NCBI GenBank assembly: GCA_043228905.1
Contig: JBHGNT010000002.1
Coordinates: forward strand, 23,870,001 to 23,934,000
DNA from: Azolla caroliniana
Taxonomy: Eukaryota; Plantae; Polypodiophyta
Length of the DNA: 64,000 nucleotides
Direction of reading: 5' to 3'
The position numbers and the translations under genes were made by a program. Below, piece by piece: positions 1 to 12,829 of this stretch. Position 1 is the first letter of the stretch. Each line of letters begins with the position of its first letter. The notes under the pieces were generated by a model that was not told the origin of the DNA, ran no database searches, and saw only the letters and a program-made list of their open reading frames with translations.

Positions 1-1785
1 TTACCCAAGGTGTGTAAACCACACATGCATTCCCTGGTCAACAATTTGTCCGACTAACACCAAGTTCTTTGTGATTGTCGGAACATGAAGTACGTTCATC
101 AGCTTTCCCTTTTGTTCGACATGGCTTAAAGGGACTTCTCTGACATGCACAATCGGGTGACATGTGTCGTCTTTGGTTTTAACAATTCCCGGTTATTCCG
201 GTTTCTCTAAAAATGAGAACCACTCTTCATGGCTCGCCATGTCATTAGGTGCTCCGGAATCAATGTACCATACTTCCTCCAATCCGGAAGTGGTCTTCTT
301 CATCGAGTTCACCTTCTGCTTAATCACGAAGGCTGTCCCTTCACTGGTCTTCCTGGTTCCGGATCCTTCCAATCCTTTTGCATAGAGCGAGCTTTGCCGG
401 TTTTCCTGTCCGGCCTTACAGGATCTGGATTTGTCTGAATCGGTGCATTTCTTCCAACACTCGCTTTTTCTGTGGCCTTTCTTGCCACAATACCAGCATT
501 CCATGTCGTCCTTCCCTTGTCGGTTTCCGGCACCGTTTTGAGTCCCCCTACTCGTGGAAGTTCCGGAACTGTTCTCGACATTGTCTCGATTCTGCTCTCG
601 CCGGCCACCTCCATTGTGTGCCGATCCACCTCGTCCTCCACGCCAATGGGGCCGGTCCGCCTTTGTGTACAACATCCGGTTGTCCGGTTAAGTGGTCCTC
701 GACCCACTCGCGTGGTTTTCTTTGACCTTCAGCATCGATTGCAGGTCCAAGAAGGACGGTGGCTTGTCTCAAGTGCAGATCATCGTCCGGATTGGCCCGT
801 ACCGTTTCGCTAGACCACCAAGGCAGATTTATACCATTTCGTCTTCGTCGACCGTCACATTGATGGACCCGAGCGCGTCACAAATCTCCTTTATTTTGGT
901 GATGTACTCCGTAACCGACATATCTCTCTGTCGGATGTTGTTCAACTCTTGCCGGAGCTGCAACGTATAGGTTGTGGTACTTGCGGCGAAAATCTTCCGA
1001 AGATTTTCCCACGCCTCCTTTGGCGTTTTTGCATCCTTGATGTAGTCGAGCATTTGATCATGCATACATGATGCGAGGTAGTACAACACTCTGCTCACAC
1101 CTTGTTCCCATGCTAGGAAGTCCTTGTGTACCGGCTTGGGCGCTACATTGTTCAATCCTTCCACATAGCTCCAGTAACCATGCCTGAGTAGGTACTGCTG
1201 CATTTTATATGACTAGGATGCATAGTTGCTTCGGTCGAGCTTTTCTGTGGGAAGGGAACTTGCCATACCTCTGTCCATCTTGGTTCTCTTTTGTTCTTAA
1301 CCGGGTTTTAGGGTTTGTCTTCAAAAGTGTCTGTCGGTTGCAGAGGAGTCTCAACCCTCCCGCTTTGATACCATGTTAAAGTTAATATGCGGAAGCGATG
1401 ACAAACCGGTTCAGCCGGATACCAACGTACAGAAGAAGGTTTAATGGAGACCTTACACAAAGAATACACGGGAGAGACAAAGAGAGAACAAAACATAAAC
1501 TCAGTTCAAAAATAATAATCCTCTGTACATAAAATGTGCTCAGAGAGCACTTTTATACAAGTCCATAAAGGACTGACAGGTACTTCAATGCTCATACAAG
1601 CGACTACCACTTTTTCATACGTGCTAGGTTAGATTCGTCGGCCTCTAACGGCCTACCAGTTTCAATCTGATCTGGCTCCTGGTTCATTTATTATCCGGAC
1701 ACCAATCTGGTTCTCCGTTTCGGACACCGATACAGCTCTGGCTTATTCAGCCGATCCGAATCCGGTTGAGCATGCTTGCTCAACA
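1..1785 (-). mobile_element. Ty1/Copia element A, 5' part (5' LTR, PBS, degenerate gag-protease); runs off the window start
   Basis: LTR 1374-1785 (TG...CA). tRNA-iMet PBS read as tgatacca at 1366-1373. Broken gag from ATG ~1278 with zinc knuckle CWYCGKKGHRKSEC and protease WYIDSGA. Confidence 0.9.
1374..1785 (-). repeat. 5' LTR of Copia A (same LTR family as the solo LTR, D and J)
   Basis: Shares motifs tgcggaagc, gtttaatggaga, tgtgctcag, gtacttcaatgctca and the terminal ...ctcaaca with the LTRs at 4356/10084, 21677, 26907 and 61774. Confidence 0.88.
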
Positions 1786-2754
1786 TAAAATATATATGAA
1801 ATAAGAAAGGAGAGAGAAAGAAGGGTGCAGATCCACCCGGCCACCCCCGAGCGAAGGGATCGAGACGAACTCGATCCTCGATCGGTGTCCCGTACCACTG
1901 CCATGGCGTTGAGGCGTATCTTGTGCTAGCGCACTCGCTACAAGAGTTGACCCCATGTTAAGCGCTTGGATTGCACCACAACTAGTCATGAATAAGAGCG
2001 CATCAACAAGGACGTAGTATGTCTTGAAGGACCTACGAAGAGGAAACGGCAAGGGGAAAAGAGGCTAAGGGACGTCCAAGTGTGAAAGGTCCATACCCTA
2101 AATGTAAATGCTATATATACCACATTGTGGTGGCTTTGTAAGGGTTCTTCCATTTGTAAAGATCTCCCTATTGATTAAGAGTTGTAGCTTCCTCTCCTCC
2201 TCCTTGTAACCTTTAAGCTTAAGAGAGATCAGTGAAGTGTTTAGTTAGAGAACACTAATGTCTCTTCCTTGTTGGTGCTAGACCTCTTCGCAAAGAGGGT
2301 TAATAACATATTCATTACTCTTATTGCGAAAGGGACTGTGTTGATTTTCTTCTCCTCTCTGATGGAAGACAAGTGTTGGAGGCCTCTTATACTACACCAA
2401 TCCGAAGAAGACAAGGTTTCGTCTACTATATCTTCTTTAGTAGTTTAGATGTTATGAAAGGCAAGATGTAAGTGTGTATTTCAGAATGTCAAACCGAATG
2501 CGGTTGAGTTAGTCAAGGAGATATGGTTGATGCTCCTGCATACTCTAAGAGCTCAATATGAAGTAATACATGGCGAGCTTGATGTTGTGTTTCTCAAGCA
2601 ACAACAATTTCACGAAATTTGGAAAAAAGCAGAGGTCTTCACCTATTTTGGGATTCTAGCTGAGTACAATAATCGTAAGGGACACAAAATGGCCGTTGGC
2701 GCCAACAAATTCAAAATTCCCACTCAAAGCTCGTCCAAAGATCAGAGTTCAATA

Positions 2755-2945
2755 AGGGAAGAATCCTTCGACGAAAGATCAAAGTTTGCCAAACCCGCAT
2801 CTTTCGACGAACCCTCATCCTTCGACGAAAGATCAAAGTTCGACAAGCCCACATCCTTTGACGAAAGATCAAAGTTTGCCAAATCCGCATCTTTCGACGA
2901 ACACGCATCCTTCAACGAAAGATCAAAGTTCGACGAACCCGCAAA
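2755..2945 (+). repeat. 18-bp-period tandem array (TTCGACGAA core)
   Basis: Alternating ttcgacgaaagatcaaag and ttcgacgaac-c-catcc units; reads SFDERSKF.. repeatedly in ORF 2527-2982. Confidence 0.85.
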
Positions 2946-4500
2946 GCTTGACAAGAGAACATGGCCGAATCCTCAGGGATAGAGATGTTCAAAACCCGAC
3001 CCACACGCCAGGAGGAGTCCACCCAGAGCAACCTGACTCGATACCACGGAGGGTGGTTAACTCCGGGGACGCTACCAAACATGAACCTCCCATCGAACCC
3101 AGCAATTAAAGCACCTCTTAACATGCCCCCACTACAGGAGAGGCCAATGGAAGACCCAGTCAGCGTAGAGAGACACATTCGAGATGCCGCACAGGAGTTA
3201 CGGGTGATAGAACAAGAAATCAATATATGGACGGTACAAGTCGCGGAAGCAGGACAACCGGAAAGTATCACTTGAGATATCGAAGCCGCTTTGGCGGAAA
3301 GGAAAGACAGATTCACACGAGTACAAAAAAACTCACCTCCTAGAAGCATCGTCACATACACACTGTCGAGGCCATGAGCGCAGCTCCGTGCCACATTCGA
3401 GCACAACGGGCGACAGTCCAAACGAAACCCACACGCAACGACACCCGACATCACCACCACCACGTATGGACACGACCCCTACACCTGACCAAACTGCCTT
3501 GATATCCCCAAACGCGAAACTTGCGCTAGCATTACAATGCATCCAAACCCTCGTGGGATTGATGGAAAAAGAATGAGGACCCATAGACCATTCGAGAAAG
3601 CCTACAAACGACAACCGGAAGAGTGCTTCCATTTCCAAACTAGTACCCCGCTTTCTCGGTTTTGGTGACGCCTATGATCATGTAGAAAGGTTCAAGCAAA
3701 TATCTCGAGCTTATGAGCCCCTCATAGAGACCACCAAAGTAGTCGCATTCAGACTTACACTCGATGAACAAGACGGAATTTGGTTTAGGACCTTGAATGA
3801 GGACATTGAGTATGTCATCGAAGATTTCCTAATAAACTTTGCTCGTTGAGGGAATAAATGGAACCCGATCGACCAAATTTTCTACCTCAAGCAAGAAACC
3901 AACGAGACGGTTGGGGACTACATTCGCCGCAAAGAGATAATGTAAGGGGTATAGTGTGCCATGGCCACCACACGGGGCATGAGTGCCCTCTCCTCCACCA
4001 ACGACGGTCACAATACTGTAAGTGGTGCAAAGCCTTCGTTATGCATTCTCAAGAGAACTATTGGCAAGCCCCAACTGGAAGGTATAGCCAAACACCAATG
4101 GTCGAGCACCCACGCTCACCTCCACCGCTTAGCCACAGACAACTACCAGCAATAGTTCCCCAACAACCCCCACTACCACGTATCGGCGCTCGCCTCGCCG
4201 AACTCGAATACGCCATCGATAACCAAACTCAGGTTGGGGGGGGGGGCGCCCCCCAATATGAAGAGTCATACCGGGAGTACGGTTTTGAAGAAGAGGTGTT
4301 TTCCCACTTCGTGAACTTCGAAGGCAACCAAATACCAGTGTACGTCTTGAGAGGATGTAAATGATTACTTGCGGAAACGTTAGAAAACAAAGGAAGTAGG
4401 GAATACAAGAAGTACACGGGAGAGACAGAGAGAGCAGAACGTAAGAGTTATATTCAAAACGATATAATCACTCTGTGTTTTACAACTGTGCTCAGTAGCA

Positions 4501-7500
4501 TGATGGAAATAATCGAGGAAAAATAATCGACACTTTCCAAACTTCAACTCTCGGCCACAACCAAGGAAACACACGAATCGTTGTTGCAGAAAATGGGAAA
4601 TAAGTGGACACACGATTTAACGTGGAAAACCCTGTACGGGAAAAACCACGGGAGTACAAGACTCCGAACCAAAACTATTCACAGAGAAATATACAATGGC
4701 GAGCTGCAAGGCGACGACCTTGAGCTCGCTGTCCTCGCCACAGGCGGCAGAATTACAGAGAGGCGTCGACCTCTTCGTCTCTCACGCTCTATCTCTCTCA
4801 CGGCTGCTCTCTCTTCACTCCTCTTGAGTGGAAAAACAGAAAAATGAGTAGCAACATCAAAATTGTTTGCCCTAAGTCATATTTATACACATATGACTTT
4901 AGGGCTATTTACAACTATAGCCTCAAGGGCCCTTGGCAAACATATTCACAGATATGTCCCCGCATCCGGATCTCTCTCCGGGTACATTCGTCATCCGGCT
5001 CCGAAGCCGGGGTCTTCATCATCCGGTTCCGAAACCGCAACCGGGCTTGTCGTCATTCATCTCCGGACATCCGACCATCCCATCCGGAGGGACCGTAATC
5101 CCAACAAACTCCCCCTTCACTTCGGCATGGGATGTCTCTCCAATCCGATCCTCTTCCGGCATGCTTCCAGCTTGTTGGGTGTGAGCACCTTGGTTAGCAT
5201 ATCCGACCCGTTCTCGTCCGTGTGGATCTTCGTCAGCACGAACTCCTTGTCTTCTATCCTTTCCCGGATCCAGTGATATCTTCGCTGGATGTGCTTCGTT
5301 CGGGAGTGATAGGCCGCGTTCTTCGCAAGGTGGATTGCACTCTGACTGTCGCAGTAGAGTCGGTACTCCTCCTGCCAGATACCGAGCTCTCTAATGAAGC
5401 CCTTCATCCATATTATTTCCTTGCCGGCTTCAACAGCCGCCATGTACTCCGCCTTCGTGGTTGACAACGCAACCGTCTTCTGCAGCCTCGACTGCCTTGA
5501 AACAGCTCCCCCTGCATACGTCATCACATACCCTGATGTGGACCGGCTGGTATCTGCATCAGCCGACATATCCGAATCGGTGAAGCCGTCGAGTTCGGGC
5601 TTACCGGAGCCGAATCGGAGGCACACGTTTGCCGTGCCCTTCAGGTATCGAAGTATCCACTTGGCCGCGTTCCAATGCTCTTTGCCGGGATTGCTCATGT
5701 ACCGGCTCACCACTCCGACTGCATATCCGATGTCCGGTCGGGTACACACCATTGCGTACATCAAGCACCCGACGGCAGAGGCATATGGTACTTTCATCAT
5801 GTCCTCCTTCTCAGCCTTTGTCTTGGGGCTCTGCTTGCTGGACAACTTGCAGTTTGCCGGGAGGGTTGACCCGACCGGTCTTGCTTCCGACATGTTGAAC
5901 CGGTGAAGCACCTTTGTCACGTACTTCTCCTGTGACAGCCACAACTGCTTCTTCTTCCGGTCCCGGATGATGTGCATCCCTAGTATTTGCCTCGCCGGAC
6001 CCAAGTCCTTCATTGAGAAGGTTCGGTGAAGAGCCTTCTTCAGCATCCGTATTTTGACCTGGTCTCGTCCGACGATCAACATGTCGTCCACGTACAGGAG
6101 GAGTATTAGAAAGTCTCCTCCTTCGAACTTCTTCACAAACACGCAGTGATCGGACTGCGTTTTGTGGTACCCTTCGTCTGTCATGAAGGAGTCGAACTTT
6201 CGGTACCATTGCCGGGGAGCCTGCTTCAGTCCGTAAAGGCTCTTCTTCAACCGGCATACCAGGTGCTCCTTCCCTTTCTTCTCGAATCCTTCCGGTTGCT
6301 GCATGTAGATCTCTTCTTCGAGGTCACCGTGAAGGAATGCCGTCTTCACGTCCATCTGTTCTACCTCGAGGTCCACGCTTGCCGCTATGCTCAGCACCGT
6401 CCGGATGGAGGTCATCTTCACTACCGGGGCAAATATCTCGTCGAAGTCGACGCCCTTCTTCTGCTTAAACCCCTTCACCACGATCCTGGCTTTGTATCTC
6501 GGGGGGTTTCCGGCATCTCCCGGTTTCAGCTTGAACACCCACTTGTTACGGAGTGCCCGTTTTCCTTTCGGCAACTCCAGAAGTTCATATGTGTGGTTCT
6601 CATGCAGGGAATCCATCTCCTCCTGCATGGCACTTAACCACCTGCGGCTATGGGTGTCATGCTTCGCTTCTTCAAAGCTCTCCGGCTCCCCCTCGTCGGT
6701 TAGAAGCACGTGCTCTGGTTCCGGAAATCTCCGGGGAGCCCTTCTCTCTCTTAGAGGATATCTCCGTTTCGGAGCTTCGGTAACCGGTTCTTCCGATTCT
6801 TCTTCATCCGAATCCATTTCGGGATCGGGGCCGGTTCCAGTATCATTTTCATCTTCTTCGGCCGGTTCTGTTTCTTCACCGTCTTCGGCCGGATCCTCGA
6901 GTGCTAACCGGTCCCTTGCCGGTCGGGACTGCTCTTCGTAGAGTTGATTCTCACCGGTCGACTTGGAGCTCTTCATCTTCTTCTCTGACTCCCAGTCGGC
7001 GAGTGTCTTCTCCTCCATGAAGATGATATCTCGACTCCTGAATATCTTCTTGTCGACCGGGTCCCATACTCCGTAGCCGAACTTGTCGTCGCCGTAACCG
7101 ACGAATATGCATGGCCGGGTCTTTGGATCTAGCTTTCCTCTCCGGTCCTTTGCCACATGCACATATGCGAGACACCCGAACACCTTCAGATGCCGGTAGG
7201 ATACTTCCCTACCGGTCCACACTCTCTGCGGCGTGTCTCCGTCCAAAGGTACTGAGGGTGATCTGTTTATCACGTATGTCGCCGTCGACATTGCCTCAGC
7301 CCAAAACCCCTTGGGTTTCGCATGCGCCAGCATACTCCGGACCCTCTCCATTATGGTCCGGTTCATCCTCTCGGCCAGCCCGTTCAGTTCCGGCGTCTTC
7401 GGCACGGTAAACTGGAGCCGGATTCCCTTCGAGCGACAGTACTCCTCAAACTGCCCCCGGTATTCCCCTCCGTTATCCGCTCGTATCGCTTTCAGCTTCT

Positions 7501-9825
7501 TGCCGGATTCCCTTTCCACTCTCGCGTGGAGTTCTTTGAAGACGCACAACACTTGGTCCTTTGTCTTCAACGGTGCCGTCCACAGCTTCCGGCTGTGATC
7601 ATCAATGAATGTTACGAAGTACTGGGCTCCGCCATGTGACTTCGTTTCTACCTGACACACGTCAGTGTGCACCAACTCCAATAGTGCGCTACGTCTCGTC
7701 GGTGGCCTTGAGTGGAAGGAGGTTCGGTTCTGCTTACCGGCCAGGCAATCGGTGCACTTCTCCAGGTGCACATGCTTCACTGGAATAAGGTTGTCTTCTG
7801 CAAGCCTCTTCATCCCCTTCTCACTCATGTGGCATAGTCTCTTGTGCCACAGCTCACCGGCAGTGTCGGCTGCCACGTTCAACTCTTCCGGACACAACCA
7901 GGCATTCATAAGGTACAGTGTGTTGACTTTCCGGGCTCGAGCCACTATCAGGCTCCCCTTGCTGAACTTCATTACGTCGTTCCGGATGCTACCTGTGTAG
8001 CCTTCATCGTCTAGCCTCCCGGCCGAAATCAGGTTCAATCGAACCTCCGGAACGTGTCGGACATCCTTCAGCAGCATTTTGCATCCGGTCGAGGTTGTCA
8101 ACCACACGTCTCCTATGCCGGCAATCCGGCACGTACCTTCATTTCCCATCCGAACACAGCCATGCTCACCGACTGTGTAGGATGAGAAGTATCTTCTCTC
8201 CGGGGTCAGGTGGAACGATGCTCCGGAATCGACCACCCAGGTCGTCTCATCGCCGGCAATGTTTAGTTCACCTTCTTCGGTGATGAGCATGATTTCTTCC
8301 TCACTTGCCGCGAGTGCCGTCGTTCCTTTCCGGTCCTGCCCTCGCCGATCCGGACCTCTCCGGTCCGTGGCTCCCCAGTATGCACCGTTTCTCTCCGGTG
8401 ACTTCTTCGAATCGGTGTCGTCGGCTCCGTTGTCTTTTCGGTAATGCCGACAATTCTTTCGGAAGTGCCCCGGCTTCCCACAGTGGAAGCATGTGGGTCT
8501 TCCTCTTGACTGCGACCGGGTCCCCGACTTCTCCCGTCTTTGCGGACTCCGGTTCCATTGTCTTCCCCGTTCCGATTCGGTAAGCAGCGCCTTCGAGTCG
8601 GAGGCCGGTTCTTTATCTCTCCAACGCGCTTCTTCGTTCAAAATACTTGTCTTTACCGTTTGTAGGGACACGTTATCTTCCGTGCAGGAGGTGCTGAGAG
8701 TCACCACCAAGTTCTCCCAGCTTTCCGGCAATGTACACATCAGAATGATGGCTTGCATTGCATCCTCCAGCGGGAACTTAATCGCCGCAAGCTGGTTCAC
8801 GAATCCCATGAACGTGCTTACGTGTTCCACCATACTCTCGCCGTCCCGGTACTTGAGGTTCACTATCTTCCTCATCAGGGAGGTCCGGTTCAACGCATTC
8901 TTCCTCTCGTAGAGGCCCGACAGCTTCCGCCACATCTCATATGCGTTGATGTCGTTCGCCACATGTTGTAGAACGCTCACGTCGACGTATTGCCGAATGG
9001 TTGCAACGGCTTTCCGGTTCAGAAGCCTCCATTCGGACTCAAGTACCCCCTTTGGTATTTCCGACCTGTCAATCGGTTCGTACAGGTCCCGAACAATCAG
9101 AAGATCCTCCATCTTGATCTTCAGTGTCGGCGTAATTCTGCGCATTCAGCACCATCATCCTCGGCTGCCCGCTGCCGCCGCCTTCCATTTTCTGCAGCAA
9201 CCTTGCTCTGATACCAAATTGATGGAAATAATCGAGGAAAAATAATCGACACTTTCCAAACTTCAACTCTCGGCCACAACCAAGGAAACACACGAATCGT
9301 TGTTGCAGAAAATGGGAAATAAGTGGACACACGATTTAACGTGGAAAACCCTGTACGGGAAAAACCACGGGAGTACAAGACTCCGAACCAAAACTATTCA
9401 CAGAGAAATATACAATGGCGGGCTGCAAGGCGACGACCTTGAGCTCGCTGTCCTCGCCACAGGCAGCGGAATTACACAGAGGCGTCGACCTCTTCGTCTC
9501 TCACGCTCTATCTCTCTCACGACTGCTCTCTCTTCACTCCTCTTGAGTGGAAAAACAGAAAAATGAGTAGCAACATCAAAACTGTTTGCCCTAAGTCATA
9601 TTTATACACATATGACTTTAGGGCTATTTACAACTATAGCCTCAAGGGCCCTTGGCAAACATATTCACAGATATGTCCCCGCATCCGGATCTCTCTCCGG
9701 GTACATTCGTCATCCGGCTCCGAAGCCGGGGTCTTCATCATCCGGTTCCGAAACCGCAACCGGGCTTGTCGTCATTCATCTCCGGACATCCGACCATCCC
9801 ATCCGGAGGGACCGTAATCCCAACA
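4501..9825 (-). mobile_element. Full-length young Ty1/Copia element B
   Basis: 606-bp LTRs 4501-5106 and 9220-9825 (about 6 substitutions by eye). TSD TAGCA at 4496-4500 and 9826-9830. PBS tggtatcagagc (9205-9216, minus). PPT at 5107-5120. Confidence 0.97.
5117..9188 (-). CDS. Copia gag-pol polyprotein (gag, CCHC, protease, integrase, RT, RNase H); probable 1-nt frameshift near 9125
   Basis: 1342-aa ORF 5117-9145 with CFHCGKPGHFRKNC, WVVDSGAS, HKRLCH/CTDC, RADNGGEY, LYVDDML, DSDMSAD and CDSQSAI. The likely true start MEGGGSGQPRMMVLNAQNYAD at 9188 is out of frame with KIKMEDLL. Confidence 0.95.
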
Positions 9826-10923
9826 TAGCACTATTTATACAAGTCCTCATGGGACTGACAGAAGTACCGCGTACTTCAATGCTCACACGAGCTTCTGACA
9901 CTTACTACGAGACTATAATTGCCTAGTAGTCTAAACTAATGCTAGGCTTCCGGTTACCGATTGGATCCGGCTAACCGGCTCCCCAGCTCACCGGCTCTGT
10001 TGCTTGCCGGCTTACCGATCCATCTCGCTTGCCGGCTCAGGCTTATTCAGCCGATCCAGCTCCAGTTGAGCTTGCCGCTCAACAGAGGAGAACAAAGGGG
10101 CCCGTCGATGGGATATCGCAACAATAATGGTCTAAGAAGGTCAGAATTGAAGTGTTTCAATTGCCAAGGCCCACACATGGTTAGCCAGTGCCCAACCAAA
10201 CATGAGTACTACAACCGGATGGCACAACGACCATGACACAACCCACTCAAAACATCCCCACAACCACTGGTACAAAGTTTCACCCAATAGTCACACGACC
10301 TTATCGAGTGGTTCCAAAGAGAAACATCATGCCCAGGGTGTAGTAAAGAGCACTTAGTACCCGATTGCCCAGAAAAAAAGAAACGGATTGGCGCAAATAC
10401 GTTATCTATCGTACCATCAATGGTAGGTGCCAACGTCATCATACGAGCTCAGAGAGTAGCTCATAACTTAAAGTATCATGACCAAGGCGTCCCCACGACT
10501 ACGCGTAAGAGATGAAAATCCAAAAAAAATGCATCCACGCAGGCCTCAAAGCAAGATCAAGAACTAAAGGGAGACGTAGAAACAATACCCGTCAACCCTA
10601 ACCAAGCGCAACCAGCACACCTAGCAACATACCCAAACCCAGTGGCAGAAAAAAGAGAGGCCGAAGAGTACATCAAACTCATATGACACGAACAGTGCGA
10701 AAGATCGCTTAGTCTCCTGAGCCTAAACTTCGACCAGCTCGAAGAATGGGTAAATCCTCAACCCCAACACACGAATACACCCCTCCTCGTCGTAACACCA
10801 ACCAACACCCCCATCTCCCAATCTACCCCAATCAAAGAGGTCAACACAACCCTGCTCCAGCAAATATTAAATTTAAAATTACAACTCACATTACGAGAAG
10901 TACAGAACTACACCGGCACCTTC

Positions 10924-11556
10924 GTGACCGACAACCCCCAACTACGACCTATACTCGCCAAGGAAATAGAGTACACACTTGAAGAGCTGCTCAAACTCGA
11001 CATCCAACCATGGCACGATGTCCTTCGCCACCTCAATGGAGGCCTATCTGCAGGTTATGGAAAAAAGATACACGCCCACATTCCTCATACGACCACAGTC
11101 CCCAAACAACCCGAAGGAACACCGGTAGATATATGCGAAGCTTACTTCGAGAGCGATGATACTAGTTTCACTCTCCCTGTCTGCGTCAATGGCATGACAT
11201 GTGACACGATCATTGACATCGGAGCAGGGGTAAGTATAGCCAGCTATGAACGTTGGTGTAACTGGGGGAGCCCAAAAATGCTTCCTTCGGATGTCAAACT
11301 CTGACTGGCAGATGGGTCCTTCCAACGGCCAGAAGCCATGATCCCTGCGCACCACTTCACTATCCACATGGTCAAGTTATATCTCACCTTCGTCGTCACA
11401 AGATCATCCAATCAAGTGGCTTACGAGTGTTTACTAGGGAGACCATTCCTACGTGTAAGTCGCCTTGTGATGGATTTTGGGAATGATACAATTGATTTGC
11501 GTAAAAATAACAAAACCTTTCGCATCAAAGCATACACACAAAAAGTGCATGAATAA
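10924..11556 (+). pseudogene. Gypsy aspartic protease region of element C
   Basis: CDTIIDIGAGVSIAS...KL*LADGS...YECLLGRPFL retropepsin motifs, with an internal stop. Confidence 0.75.
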
Positions 11557-11934
11557 GAAGGCCACCCTCTCGTGGAAGACTGGTCAGAAACTACCAAGTT
11601 CAAGACCAACCTTCTAGCATGTAACCCCACAAAGACAGTTCAGATCTTGGCTAGGGGTCACATGTTTCCCCAAAAAGCCACTAATCCTAGGGCAGAGAAT
11701 GTGAGGGAAGACCAATCCGTACCTTCCGATGCGTCATAGATGAATTGGGTGTACGCTCTCGCCATGACCGACGCAACGTACCCCATTGGTACAAAGTGTC
11801 GCGACAAGGATGGAGACACGATCTCGTGTTTTAATGTCACCACTCTCGTACCTCAGCATAAACAAGTAGATGTCAAAGACGAAGACCTAGCTGAAGGGGA
11901 AATGACACAAAAACAAGCTCAAATTATGTGGTGA

Positions 11935-12829
11935 TGGCCCCTATGTGGTCTCAGAAATTACCAAGACAGGAGCATGTCGAATACGCATGCTCGAAGGACT
12001 CAACATCCCAGGATTCATCAGCGGGAGCAATCTCAAACGTTACTACAGACCCCTCACCCTCCAAGCCCTGCTCTTGGCTCGACAACAAGAAGTGGAAGCC
12101 AAACTCAAAGCCTCCGAAGGACGAATGGCCTGACTAGAAACCGACCTTAGCAATGCACAAGCTAAGTTGAAAAGACAAAGTGATACCCACCCTGCAGTTA
12201 TCGCTAAGTCGATAGACCCTAATGTCGTGACGACACACTTACTATGCTTCGCCAACGACGTACCTCTAACAACGGTGATCGACATTGGAGCATCACTAAC
12301 CCTTCTCTCCTTCGAAACGTGGGAACATTTAGGTTCCCCAAACCTCGAAGCATGCACCGACCACTTCCTTGGCTTCGATGGTTCCACATCATGCTACATG
12401 GGAGCCTTAATGTGTAAAATCAAGAAACAACACAGTGATCATTTTATTCGAGTTTGGGTCCTCCCACTGAAAGTGTTGTACACCCCGTGCCTCCTTGGTT
12501 TGGATTGGTGTTACAAAAGCGAATGTCTCCTGTCATTGAGCAAAAACATGGTCTCCTTTCACACTGAAAACGGTGTGAATTTCGAGAAGCTCGTCTCAAC
12601 AACACTCGAACCATGTCCCACCGATCTTGGTGAGCTGCAGAGTTTGAACTCCGCCAACCAAAAAGAGCTTGTACAACCACCTGCCACCCAAGTTCAGAGT
12701 AACGCGAACATCGGCACAAAGACATCCGTGCCACGCAAATGGGTGAACCTCCACACTATTTTCGCTGAAGGACCATGCCACGGAGAACGTGCTATTTGGC
12801 GAGTCCGAAAAGAACTCACAAACGCCTAG
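11935..12829 (+). pseudogene. Integrase C-terminal (GPY/F-like) remnant in frame with a coiled-coil and a second retropepsin-like domain
   Basis: WPYVVSEITKTGACRIRMLEG...SGSNLKRYY, one TGA at 12131-12133, then in the same frame TVIDIGASLTLLS...FLGFDGS...CLLGLDW. Confidence 0.65.

Larger units (their letters stand above)
4356..10084 (-). mobile_element. Solo LTR of the Copia A/D/J family, split by element B (pieces 4356-4500 and 9826-10084)
   Basis: TG...CA ends. 5-bp TSD GAGGA at 4351-4355 and 10085-10089. Removing it rejoins the gag of C (VYVLRG|EQRGPSMG). Confidence 0.9.

Noticed and set aside
5222-8971. Numerous plus-strand and alternative-frame ORFs over element B (and likewise over E)
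   Set aside because: Shadow ORFs of the GC-rich gag-pol.
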